DNA from: Phoronis australis
Taxonomy: Eukaryota > Animalia > Phoronida
Length of the DNA stretch: 64,000 bases
NCBI GenBank assembly: GCA_002633005.1
Contig: NMRA01000009.1
Coordinates: 1,757,858-1,821,857 of the forward strand
Direction: 5' to 3'
Shown here: piece by piece, positions 26,522-38,860 of the stretch
How the letters are laid out: each line of letters begins with the position of its first letter
How positions within the stretch are numbered: position 1 is the first letter of the stretch
Program-made: the position numbers and the translations under genes
Notes under the pieces: model-generated
Told to the model about the DNA's origin: nothing
The model's database searches: none
What the model saw: the letters and a program-made list of their open reading frames with translations, nothing else

Positions 26522-27812
26522 GAAACGGAAACCAAAGGATTTTGGAAACACAGCAAAATTCGTCTGCTGTCACCTGGTCTTGAAACGGAGGGATTTCCCA
26601 TAAATCGTTGTTCAAGACGTACGTATGAAGAAACGTAAAAGTGTCTCTAATTGGATATTTTCGCTTTTACGTTCAGCAGCGTCACTGTCAACACGCTCGT
26701 GAATTGCAAGAAACGGAGATCTGGTTCGATGTTGCGAGTCAAGACTACTGTGGTAATAGAGATTAGAAATTCTAGTTTCCTAAGCGCCAAAATAAACCAA
26801 CCTAACCGGCTGTTTAAGTGGCGATAAACCTGCATTCTGTCGATGAAATCATATTTTGATTTTGACCTCTTACTGCTCTAAAATTTGTCTCAGCTTGTAC
26901 CTTACTCAAATGAATAGTGTTTTTAGTCTTGCAGGTTGTTATTTCTCGAGACCATACTCGGCAAGTCCACTTGTAGCGCCTCGTCTCAATCAATATCGAA
27001 TTTCCAGTGCTGTGTGACTCCAAAAATAACACTTATTTTGACTCAGGAACAATTTGCAACCGACGGTGTGTTATATAATAAGACGTATCGGAAAACGTGT
27101 TCCGTAGCCATTGTAAAGGGTGGGACACAGGCGAATTTTGTAAAAAGACGCATCCCTGGGCATATCGTTTCTTGAGTGTATTGGTCTATTTCTACCAACG
27201 TCTTGTCTGATTACATTGGTGCCAATGTAAATAGGTTAGCGGTTGGTGTTAATAGAGCAATAGGTTTTAGAAATGTTACAGCGTCTTCTCCACAAAGTTC
27301 GTTAGAAATTGAAGGGGCATTTTCATTTTCACCGTCAAAAAACTCATATTTGAAACCAACTCAGGAGTGTTTCTTGAACCGAGAGGCAAGCTTTTCGCCG
27401 GGCCACTTACTGTCTATTGTTCTATACAAAACACACCCCAAGGCGGGACTGGAAAACCAACAATGTGTATTATGGTAACAACAAAAACAAAAACGACTGG
27501 TTCTTAACGTCGTACAATACCTCTCCTGATCTGATATTGTGGAAGAATAGGTTCACTGGTCCCTGGTTGTTGCAGTCATGTAGTTGTTGGTACGCAAACT
27601 ACTGTATGCAAGTGAGTATCAGCAATGACAGAGTGGGAATCGAAACCTAACTAACGTCTCGTCCATGAAGGGGCATTGAACTGCTTAACGCACCATTCAC
27701 TTTATTTTGACAGTTGGCAACATTGTCAGCTCCATTAAACCACAGGCGCTCGGATTTCCCGATGACTCATAACCACATATAAGAACATATGTTTTTGCTG
27801 TAAGTGACGTCA
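26522..27812 (+). promoter_or_regulatory. Candidate immune-responsive motifs upstream of the TLR
   Basis: ISRE-like GAAACGGAAA (26522), kappaB GGGATTTCCC (26590-26599), kappaB-like CGGATTTCCC (27751) next to AP-1 TGACTCA (27763), CRE TGACGTCA (27805). Motif matches only. Confidence 0.35.
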
Positions 27813-28585
27813 TTTGCGATCGAGGAACAGATAAACTCTAGCACCTGTGCATTAAACATGTCTTTATGCCACTTGGCATGTATATCACTGTTCACAATCG
27901 TGAATTCAATATCACAAAAATAAGAACACACAAAAAACGACTTCAATTAAAAGTTTCTGAGCATCACGGACATGAGTGTGACGTATGAACGTGTGACGTA
28001 TGAACGTGCCCAGCGCCAGTGTTTCGTGTCCACCACTGAACACGCGAGTTTCTTGTACAAACATGTGCCATATCCGCGCTTCTCCAATGTCCCCGAGAGC
28101 AAGTGAAAAGAGCCACAGCATGGTCAAATACTTAGTTCTCATAAACGCAACGCACTGCCATTCTTTATTACAACATAAACCACCGGAAAACAAGGACAAC
28201 ATCGGACAACTTTTCGCATTAAACCCAACGGAGGATGACCAGTGTAGTGATTGGTTTCACCGATTTAAGGTGTGCGTGTATCGACCAATAACTGCTCGTA
28301 ACTCGAAATCAGCTCATTAACATACCGTGAGATAGTGTTTGCGGGTGTTAAAATTTGTCTGTTGATTGACTGATGGGATGGTATTTTTGGTGTTTTTGAT
28401 ATGAAATTGGTGATTTTAAGCACTTTAAGACACATCCGGCCAAACTAAATACACTAACACTAGCAACCAGCCAGAAGAGACAGATGGCTCGTGAAAGATT
28501 TACTTTCCTTTAATTCTATTTTTTCATTTCAGATGAATGACTAACTTAACAAAGGAATACCAAAAGTGCACGAAAAAGATCTGTC

Positions 28586-31500
28586 ATGTCGTTGATAAGA
28601 ATTTTGGCTTGTCTCATTGTATTAAGTGGAGTAGACGCATCGTTTTGTCCCAAGACATGCAAGTGCAACAAAGACTTCACAGAAGTGAAGTGCTCGAAGA
28701 AAGGACTTCTTCAAATCCCGGTGAATATTCCCAATACCGTCAAGCGTCTAGACCTGTCCAACAACCTCATTCAACTCGTCCAGGTTGCAAGCTTTCGAGG
28801 CCTTAAACAGCTTCAGAATCTGGATTTGACCAACAATATACTCCATTCTATTGATAATGGTTCGTTTGCAGATCTGACGAGTTTAAAACACATATACTTG
28901 GGAAAAAATAGATTGACTGAGATACCAGATCCGACAGGCTTAGTCAGTCTGGAAGACTTTATACTTGAAGCCAGTCTGCTCAAGAACATCGTCTTTCCTA
29001 GTGGATTCCTGAAGTTAACGAAGCTCAAACGCATAACGCTTACGGAAAATTTCCAGGAGGTGAAGAAGTTGGATGAAAAAAGTTTTGAATCTTTAAAGAA
29101 TGCCCACGTTTCGCGACTCTACATATCTAAGTGCAACATAGTCGAAATTGCAAATGGAACGTTCGTGCCGTTGAAACATGTTGTATCGCTTTCACTTTCC
29201 TACAATCCCATCGACGGCATTCAACTTGCCAGGGCATTGTCCGGTTTTAACAGTAGTAAACAACTGATGTCGCTCAAGTTGTCAGGATTAAAATTCGACG
29301 GTAAATTCCCCGTGGGTGCTTTTGATATTTTAAAGAAGTCACCTATAAGCCTGATCGACCTTTCGCACAACATTATACGGGAAATAAAGACGGGGGCTTT
29401 TAATGGGCTTTACAAACTCACAAATTTAAACTTGCGTTCTTGCCAGATCAACACTATTGAGAACGGCGCATTTGATGATCTCAGAAGCTTAAAAATACTG
29501 ACTTTTCAAAACAATTCTCTTTCGTCTGTACCTGTTCAGCTCCCTCCGACACTCCAACACCTGGATCTCAGTTGGAATATTAACATTCGCGTTTTGAAAA
29601 ATATGGAATTTGTGAATCTCAAAGATTTGAGGAATCTTATCTTAAAACACAATTATCTAGTTGGATTGGAAGAATTCACGTTTGCAGGGCTGCATCAAGT
29701 CGCCACGTTAGATTTGTCTGAGAACAAACTTTCGAATTTACCAAAAAATGGATTTAGCTCAAATAGACAACTCAAGTATCTGTTTCTCAACAAAAATAAT
29801 TTGAAGACAATCCAGCCAGCCAAGACCTCACCGTTTGGTACGCTTAGGAACCTAGTTTATCTGGATTTGTCCGATAACGACTGCGAAAATTTTCCGCCAA
29901 ATCTTCTCAAAGAACTTGTTAAATTGAAATCACTTTTTCTAAAGAACAATCGACTAGGTATTAATTTCAGACTTCAAGAATATTCATTTTTCTTTAGCGA
30001 CACATCGTCCTTGCAAGAGTTGAATCTTGATGGTAATGGCATTTGCTTGCTTCCTCAGAACTTATTTCATTCCATGAAAAGTCTTGTGAAACTCAGTTTG
30101 CGGAACAACAGAATTTCGCACTGGTCGCCAGAACTGTTTGCACCTCTGAAATCCATAGAGTCACTCGATCTCTCCAATAACCTTATAACCCTCATCAACA
30201 AAACTTCTGTGCGCAATATTTCGGTAAACGGGAACTTCGCCTTCAATCTGACAGGAAATCCATTTGTATGCACGTGCGATCTCTTGTGGTTTCGCCAATG
30301 GGTGAACGTGACCAATTTTAGTTTCCCTGGCATTGGTGAATACACTTGCAACTCTCCACACAATCTTCAGAACACCAAGTTACTCGACTGGCATCCTGAT
30401 CCAAAAGATTGCATTAACTATTTACCTTTCTACGTTGGTGGCTCCGTATGTGGTACTGTATTATTAATGTTGGTTATTGCTGGAGCCTCCTACCGTCGCA
30501 GATGGTTCATTCGTCTAAGTTGGTATAAAATGACACACGGGCGTCATACGACAAAAAACGGTTACAGATCTTTGGACGATGATGCTGGGCTGTTTTCCTT
30601 TGATGCTTTTGTTTCGTTTTGCGAAGAAGACCGACAATGGGTCTTCGACACTCTGATGAAAACATTAGATGAAGAGTATTCAGAAGGTGCTGACAACTTT
30701 AAAATTTGTCACGACGATAGAGACTTCCCACCCAATCTGCCGACTGCTGGATGTATCCTCGAGAGCATTGTGAACAGCAGAAAGTTCATTCTTGTGGTCA
30801 GTGAAGATTACGAGTTTTGTGGAAGGTTTGTATTGCAGATTATTGAAGGAATAGCTTGTTGCTGCTGTCATATTATGGCTTGTTTGACTCGGCTGTTCGG
30901 AGCAGAAAGAACTATAGTGATTCAGATTGAAATTCTTGTCATTCTTGACAATCATGTGCTATTGTTGGTGTGGTTTTAAACATTTTCAGGCTCTGTCTTA
31001 CGAGAGCAAAAATATTAATTTCACGTTGAACAATAAGCAGGCTTTGTTGGACCAAATGTCACTGCAATCAACAGGCCGTATTTTTCTGGTATTAAAAACG
31101 TTAAGGACTCATTTTATCGATTTTATCAAAGATCGTTAAGGTTGGTCCAAGGAAGATTACTGGAAATGCAACGATGCGTTTTTTAGAAGAACGAAAAAAA
31201 ACTACCACCTTTACGAGCCACGTTAACGAGCTGTGCGCAAATTAAGAAAAATACTCACCATACAGCCTTAACTAAGGCCGTACTTATGACATTTGGACAA
31301 ATTGGCCCCAGTGTCTCATCTGCCAAATCGTACGGGTGTTGATTGTATCAGTAAATATACCTTTTATAGTTCCTTTTGTTAATTCAGTGTGTAGTCTCGA
31401 TCAACTAATCGTTTTCTTACAGACTCGAGATTGAGCTGCACTGTGCACTTCAAGAGAGAATGGAGGACGGCACTTTCGAGATAATAGTTGTACTGAAAGA

Positions 31501-31666
31501 TAATCCACCTCTCTCCAGAATTCCCCGACTTGTGGCTCATCTCGTCAGTGACCCTGATCAAGCCGCGTGCGTGGAATGGCCTTCGGATAACGAAGACGGA
31601 CAGCAGCTGTGTGTTCAACGACTACACTCGATGCTTGAAAGAGGCTTGGAGAACGTTAGGGATTAA
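28586..31666 (+). CDS. Toll-like receptor (single cysteine cluster type), exons 28586-30825 and 31423-31666, ~827 aa
   Basis: Signal peptide, LRRNT (CPKTCKC), ~20 LRRs, LRRCT (NPFVCTCDLLWF..C..P), TM helix, TIR box1 FDAFVSF and box2 CHDDRDFPP. A phase-2 intron joins to ELHCA...EWP, completing the TIR. Acceptor at 28532 implies an upstream UTR exon. Confidence 0.93.
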
Positions 31667-31937
31667 CCAATGCCTTACCTGACACCTGACGGCAGGTGTT
31701 GAAATTAACCAATGACGTCGGAAGTTGGAATGCAGTAGTGTTCAGCAATTCACAACACGCTTCCTGGTATCAGCTTATCGCTTGAATTCATGTTTTACAC
31801 CAATAAATCATCAAAATTCGATGTAAAACCCTTACAAATACATCGAGTTATTGAACAAACGTGTTATTTTATTTCGCTGTTATGGATTTTTATGTTTTTG
31901 AACGTATCGTAGCCTACAAAGTTCGGTCATAAATATA

Positions 31938-32990
31938 AACTAGAAAGATTATTGTCACGGCGTGACAATAACGGACTCTGCGCGTGCGTATTACTGGAAT
32001 TATGGGAAGTTACTGACAGCAACCCGTTTACCAATATGAAAAGGAATTCTTTAAAATTGTAGGAGAAATTACATATTAATTTTTTGATGACCTTTCCACC
32101 TAATTGACCTCTTCCAGTGCATAATGAGCCCCGATGAGGGAGTAATTGTTAACTCGATTAAAAGTGTGGTTAAAGCTAATAATCACAGATGTTTTACTTT
32201 AAGCACTTCAGAATACAAGATGAATGAAGTGCCCAGAAGAAAAATGCACCTAATGAACGCATGGGTGCACCAAATGACCTGAAAATTTAGAATTCAAACT
32301 CAATCGCACTTAGTAAACAGATACGTAATTCTGAAGTCTCTAGCTCAAAATTTTAGTTTGCACTCAATGACCTTTGAACTATTTTTTCTGATTGGTTAGG
32401 CCTATTGCGAAGTAAAGTAGGGTATTCAATTGGCATGTTGACTTACACCAGTGTGCTCAAATTGAAAAGAATTCCTTGAAAAACGTAAGAGATATAACAT
32501 TCTGAACGTTACGTGACCTTTGCAGTAATTGACCTCATCCGGTGCATTTTAAGCATCTTTAGGAGAATTATTGCAAAGCCCATGGAAAATGTGTTTAACG
32601 CTGAGAATCACAGTTGTCTAACGGTTGACACATCAGAATACTTGCTGATTGAAAAGGTCAAATTTTCAGAAGAAAAATGCCCCTAATGACCCCATGTTTG
32701 CACTAAATGACCTGAAACTTTAGATTCCGATTTGATTTACCTGAAAATTATATGACCTTTGCACCAAACGACCTCTTCCGGTGCAATATCAAATATGATT
32801 ATCTAACCAATCAAAATTTATATACTGTCAAAAGTCATATACTGAATTTAAAGACCGTACCTGAACCCAATTTGGAGTTATTAAGCCTCAAAGTTGGTCG
32901 GAAGAAGAACAAGAATAAGAATAAGAATAAAACTGAAGAAAACACAGGAACAACAACTAGTACTCTGCGCTTACACGCGCAGAGTAATTA
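31938..32990 (-). mobile_element. Second HINE-like element, different family, opposite orientation
   Basis: Terminal hairpin TTATTGTCAC-GGC-GTGACAATAA (~31949), subTIR ACTCTGCGCGTG (~31975) vs CACGCGCAGAGT (~32974) with adjacent partner IR, (AAGAAT)n microsatellite ~32902-32930 and internal repeats at ~32088/32515/32753. Confidence 0.7.
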
Positions 32991-33749
32991 TTCGTCCGTG
33001 AAATGTAGACAGGAGAACATAGCTGCGTGTTGTTATTTTAGACTTGAGAGTTTTTCAGTTCTAAACACACAAAACCCTTGCTATCCCGGGAAGTAGCTCG
33101 GAACTCGATCAAAGAAAAAAAATGCACGCTGATTATTTTGGTGAATTGGCCGCCAAACTGCAATAATCTACTTACTACTAGCTCGGGGGCTGCGAAGTCA
33201 GGTTACCGGCTTCCACCCGAGAACCGTCAGCGGCAAAAAGTTGTGCAGTAACAATGATTCGAATAAAGTATATGAATATCTAATTAAAGATTCGCCTAAC
33301 AACTGACCATATAATATAAAATCGAATTATTGTTTCACAACAGCTTTCTGTCGGCAAACACGGAATTAGCATACGCTCACACGGCCTCCGGTGCCCGGTC
33401 AACTAGTTCTAAAGCCAGCAACGCAGTGATTTATTCATTGCTGGCTTCTCGAAGCATTTACACCCACGTCACAGTACTCCAAAGGCATTACAAATTGTAT
33501 GTAATGAGACGGGTTTCGTTTTGGTTTTATATAAGCATTGGTTTGGGTGAGAATAATTCAATTGGAAACAGAACGCATAAAAAACGTCAACGTGGCAACT
33601 CGTAATCTCGACTTAGACGAGTGCTCATCCGACGAAGACTTCACAGATCGATCGTTAAGTTTCACATGAATACACTGATCAAGAAATATGAGAGAGGCTC
33701 CGTGACTGGGCACAGACCACGAAACATATATGAATAGTTCCAAAAACCG

Positions 33750-33960
33750 ATTTGGATGACTTGTCCATGAGCTACCCGCACGACAATGGAAACGACCGTC
33801 GGTTTTGCCTTTGCTGCCACGAAATTACCCAGGTGAAACGAACTCTTGGAAAAGCCCAAATGTGTTACATGGACCATCCTGATTTTGCATCGTATCTAAA
33901 AAAGGTGTGCTTACGACGTTTTTTAGGGCTGAGACAAAGAACTGGCGAAAACATCCTACA
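33750..33960 (+). pseudogene. Disrupted Cys-rich coding relic resembling the P2X7 C-terminal (ballast/nanor-like) Zn domain
   Basis: W.TC...M.T (stop/frameshift) CLCCHEI..V......C..DHPDF.....CL pattern; recognised from memory only. Confidence 0.45.
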
Positions 33961-36899
33961 CCCAGAGGACCAAACACAAGCCTCAAGAAGGAGTCGGTCA
34001 TCAAACAGGTTATAAAAAACGTTATGTTCTCACGCCTTGAATTAATTGTAATTGTTTATGTTTTCATGGCCAACTACAATTCTCCGTAATCAAAAATTGA
34101 TACAACCGATCCGACGAAATGCAGGTCACTGACAGACACTGAGAAGTTTTACAGCCTCATACTTGGTATTAACGGCGTACTTTTCATTCTTCACTACCGC
34201 GAGCCACTTTCGAAGTATTATGGGCAAACAAATCTTAGATTCTGTCATAATAAAATAATTGTATCAATAAGCAATTTTTTGTCATAAAAATAATATCATG
34301 GATTGTTATAACACGTGGAAATAATCACTAAATGCATATCTTCGGTTCGTATACTCAAAATATGGTTTACACGTAAGTAACAAAACCTGGTATAAGTTAA
34401 AATTAGAAGATAAGCTCTTCCCATGGGCCAAAAACAAATTCTTACCACATTCCACTAAGCACGACACACCATAAAAACTCACACCAGGAGAACCGTTACC
34501 AGGGAAGCTGACTACAAGGATACGTGAACCACGCACAAATCAGGCTAGTACAGCCCCGTAGTCTGAAAGAGTGGTTTCATGAATGACGTCAGCGATTCTT
34601 AATTAGTTCTATAGACTTAAGAGCACGTCCACGAATGGACCAGGCAAAAAGTGATAAAGGCTATGTCACGGATTTCCTCGATTGTTTGCATGATGGTAGG
34701 GGTTGATGCCCCAACCTTCATACCAACATTATTTCTTTTGCGTGCGCCACCTTGTGGTTGCTATGGGAACGTGTTGTTTTTCTGCCAATTCCAAGCCTCG
34801 TTACAGCTACATTTTGACACTTTTTGCGAACTTACCTTGAGAACAATAGTGCAAAATGAAACACTTCAAGTTTATCACTGAATTGGGGTGTCTTTCAACT
34901 TGCCAGTCATAGAAAATGTCAAGGTTTCAGTTACATCTTAACCGTTTTTGAAGGCTACCAGTTTAGCTAGTTCGTGGTGATTCCAAAATGTTGAAAATTG
35001 CCCTACTTCCTGCCTATATATCTCAGCTGAAGCCAAATTTAAAACAACAAAACTACAACCAGTGTTTAGTTTGATCTTAGATCTACAAAATAAAACCATA
35101 AAAAGTCTAGGCAATCACCCTTCTTCATACCGCTTCGGGCTCTGGAAGTAGGGCACCTCACCAAAATTATGCAACTGTCCAATGTCTGCATAGTAACAAA
35201 TGTATGCGAGGATTCAAAATACAGTTTTGAAATCTTAAAATTGGCGATCGAACATATCAAGAGAACTTTAATTTTGCTACTTTACAGAAAATAATGAGAA
35301 GCACGATAAGGCACGTTGGTTTCCTTTGACCCTGACGATAACGCTGCCAATAGCATGTGCATATACTAACCGTTTCAAAATGCATTATGGTTGAGTAAAA
35401 AATCTCTAAAGTCTTCAGTTATACATAACTGGGAACTTGAATTTTGAAATTTTAAAGTGGGGGTCTGATTGAAATTTAGTTTTCTAATGTTCTCGAAGTC
35501 GGTTGATCGTGTCCCGACGCATCTCAATTCAACAAATTTTATAAAAAACAATAATAGTTGTATTGGGCCGTTAGCAGACAACTGCATCTCCATACAGTGT
35601 ATATCACCAAACCCGAACAAATCAGACAGCAAAGTAGTTAGTCATAAAAAAGAGATGTATTGAAATGGTATTGGTTAAATGCTGTGAAATGAGGTTAGAA
35701 AAACTGATCTTATAAGGATAGTCGACTACCGGTGAAATTGGCGTTGTTGAATAACTTTTCTTACGCTTCTCATTCGGGAAAGTCTCCGAACAGCACACGC
35801 CCAGATGTGCATATGGATGTCTGAATATTCTCGCATTATGGATACCAATGTTTTTTAGTTTTCACCGACAACTCATAGAATGATGTATTTGCGGAAGGTT
35901 TGTAGGAAACCGAGTATTTCAAACGCAAGATAGCAGAAAAATCAGTTCAGATGTTTTTTGCATCTATCACAGTTTCAATGGCGGATTCCAGGAGGGGGCC
36001 ATGCCCCCCTAAAATTCTCCCAGATACCATTTATCAGTTCGGGGTGCTAATTGCTAACTAGCATATGCATGCACCCAGGGGGCTCCGTGGGCGAATGCAC
36101 AATGCATTGGCCTTGAACAAACCCTGTTTACTGGATTTTTTTTAGCAATAAGGTCCACAAACCCAAAAATTCGAGACCCCTGCATCCCTAGATTTTAGGG
36201 TGGGTGCGCGGATGTGGCGAAATTCTGTGCCCTGCCCCCCACTCAAAATCCTGGATCCGCCCGAGTTTAGTATGGGTATGCAATGGTGTTTGGTGCTTAC
36301 CATCAGTCAGACTCCAAAAATTCATAAGTCTCCAGACTAATACATGTAGTGTCAGCTACTTCATTGAAAAATCATAAGACAATTCATGAGCAGCAAAACG
36401 AAAATAAAACACACAAAGTTAACATTCAGACTGCATAGAAGTGAACTTGGGTAATCCTGCAAAGAGATTTTGGAACAAAGTTGGGCAATATTTAAAAACT
36501 GTCCTGATTTAAATTATTGCTTATTATGTTAGACATAGAGATGCAGCAGAGCAGGTTATACTGTACTTATGTAGCAAAACGATAAGATAGCCAAATATTA
36601 AACAAAAGCCAAAGTAGTTTAGAGAATAGTAATACTATATTGAGGCTGATATAGGACACAGGCAAATTACACGCCATAAATCGAGTAAATAGAAAAGAAC
36701 AAATGTGGTCACATTTACAAAATGCGAGCAAATTAGGTGTACAATGAGACACCTTTAGTCAGCATAGATGACACGTCACGAAATGGAAATAGCATTTTGT
36801 CTGACTACTTTTGACACACTGTATTTCAAATGTCTCTGAGTCTTATATACATGAAATGTGCCACTGCGGCAATTCCATTAACTTTTTTGTCACAGTTCA

Positions 36900-37271
36900 A
36901 ATCGACGGTCTTCCTCAGCGATTCTTTTCATTCCAAAGGCATCAAATTGTGCGAGTTTCCCAGAACGATTGAGTGCTGCTAAACCGGACAATATTTAATC
37001 TGCTGAGGTGAGAGACATTCTTCAGAACATCAATACGACCAGGAGCAATACATTCATGGGTAACATATAATGCTTTGCTGGCTTTTTGTTTGTAATATCG
37101 CTAAGACCTTTCGGCAAATTCATCGATGTCAGTTAGAAGCTGGGTCCTAACAGGGTTGACTCTTCCATCAGATGCAGCAGTGAGAAACTGATTCGACTTA
37201 TGGATCTTTGGCAAAGGCGTGGGCAGCCAGAATGATGGTTGGTCCCCCTTGTTTCCACTGGAAAAATTTGC
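36900..37271 (-). pseudogene. Transposase-like exon fragment with in-frame stops
   Basis: After a TACAG acceptor reads KFFQW...DGRVNPVRTQLLTDIDEFAERS*RYYKQKASKALYVTHECIAPGR...; lies inside the Sola3-like ends. Confidence 0.5.
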
Positions 37272-38663
37272 CTGTAAATATTACAATTATATGCAACTTA
37301 ATCCGTAAACACAAGAATTATATTTTCCATAAATAGCCTTTCCCCAAAGTATTTATTTTCACCATTCAAAATAGCTTGGATGGCCACTCACATATTCATG
37401 CTACCCTCATTGTGTGCAAGCAGCACTCAAAACAAAAGGTGTCGTCAATTAATCAAAATGTAAGTTCTTTACTAAAACCTGGAAAACCATCAATTTTGAT
37501 ATATAGCATTGCCACGGCTTCGAAATGCCATAAAGTTAAGACAAGATCCAACAATCTTCATCCCACGATGCTGATTGAGAAAATTTTATGTTTTAGTACA
37601 TGATTTTCAGGCTAAAAGGAATACAATTGCATCTTCAATATTTTTAGCTAAATGCACCTTTCAAAATTTGCCTCAGTGGTCACTAAAACAACCCCGAGCA
37701 ACTATAAAAATCCTGTTACGACCTATTTGGAATACCTAAGCTTTCATTACAAGCAGTCTTCCCTCTCAGAGGAATTTTCAATTGTTGACAGTTGTGGTGA
37801 AATAACGGGAACAGAACTAAACAGATTGTGCACTTATGAACATAGCTCCTCAAATAAACATACAGTACAGTGTAGTTCAAGGTCTGTTAACGCTATCCAT
37901 TGACTCACAAGCTCTGGCCCAAACTCGCAAAACATAACTTATGCACCCAAAAATCGCAGTGCGTGGAGCCAAATCCACTTTGTCTGAGATATAATGGTTG
38001 ACAAGACCGTAAATACAGAATACATGCAAAGTGTTTTGTCTGCAAATACAAGGACAGTGTTACAGTCCATCAGTAATGTTACCTAGCAGATGAGTTAGTG
38101 AGACCGTCACCCGCTTTTGAGTCAATGCGCAGTTTACAAGCCCACCAGCCCTGTTTATATTTGAGGCAATATGCGCAAACCTTTTAGTTACATACTCCTG
38201 TAACTATGGACAACTTGTGCAGTAAAACTTCAGAGACGAAAAAATTCGCTGAATGCACGGCATTTTTATTTGTCTATGAGGTTTATAAGCAACCACATTA
38301 CAACTGAAATAAAAATCTACTACAACTACTGTTTTGCTATCATTAAATGTTGATGCACTTAATCCGGGAACCAAGAATCTCAGAAAAAGGTTTTGTGTAA
38401 CAACACTCCATATCATTAACTAACTACTTACTAGTACTCTTTCTGTAGTAAGCTCAACAACAGTGGCTAACTTCTTTGGTAAACGCTTACAATTTCCGCA
38501 TAGACCTGCAATAGAATTTTATGGAAAGTAGGCATAACAGAACTCCCAATAGAATGCTGTATTTTGAATCCCCAAATGTTTTCCCCAGTCTTGTTCATGA
38601 GGTTGAATGCTTCAGGTATTAGGGACCTTAACGGTGTTAAAACTTTAGCCATGTTAATTAAAT

Positions 38664-38860
38664 NNNNNNNNNNNNNNNNNNNNNNNNNNNNNNNNNNNNN
38701 NNNNNNNNNNNNNNNNNNNNNNNNNNNNNNNNNNNNNNNNNNNNNNNNNNNNNNNNNNNNNNNNNNNNNNNNNNNNNNNNNNNNNNNNNNNNNNNNNNNN
38801 NNNNNNNNNNNNNNNNNNNNNNNNNNNNNNNNNNNNNNNNNNNNNNNNNNNNNNNNNNNN
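38664..38860. other. Assembly gap (N run)
   Basis: Run of N bases. Confidence 0.99.

Noticed and set aside
30826-30979. C-terminus of the 797-aa TLR ORF as the true end
   Set aside because: It lies after a GT donor; the missing TIR half is encoded at 31423-31666.
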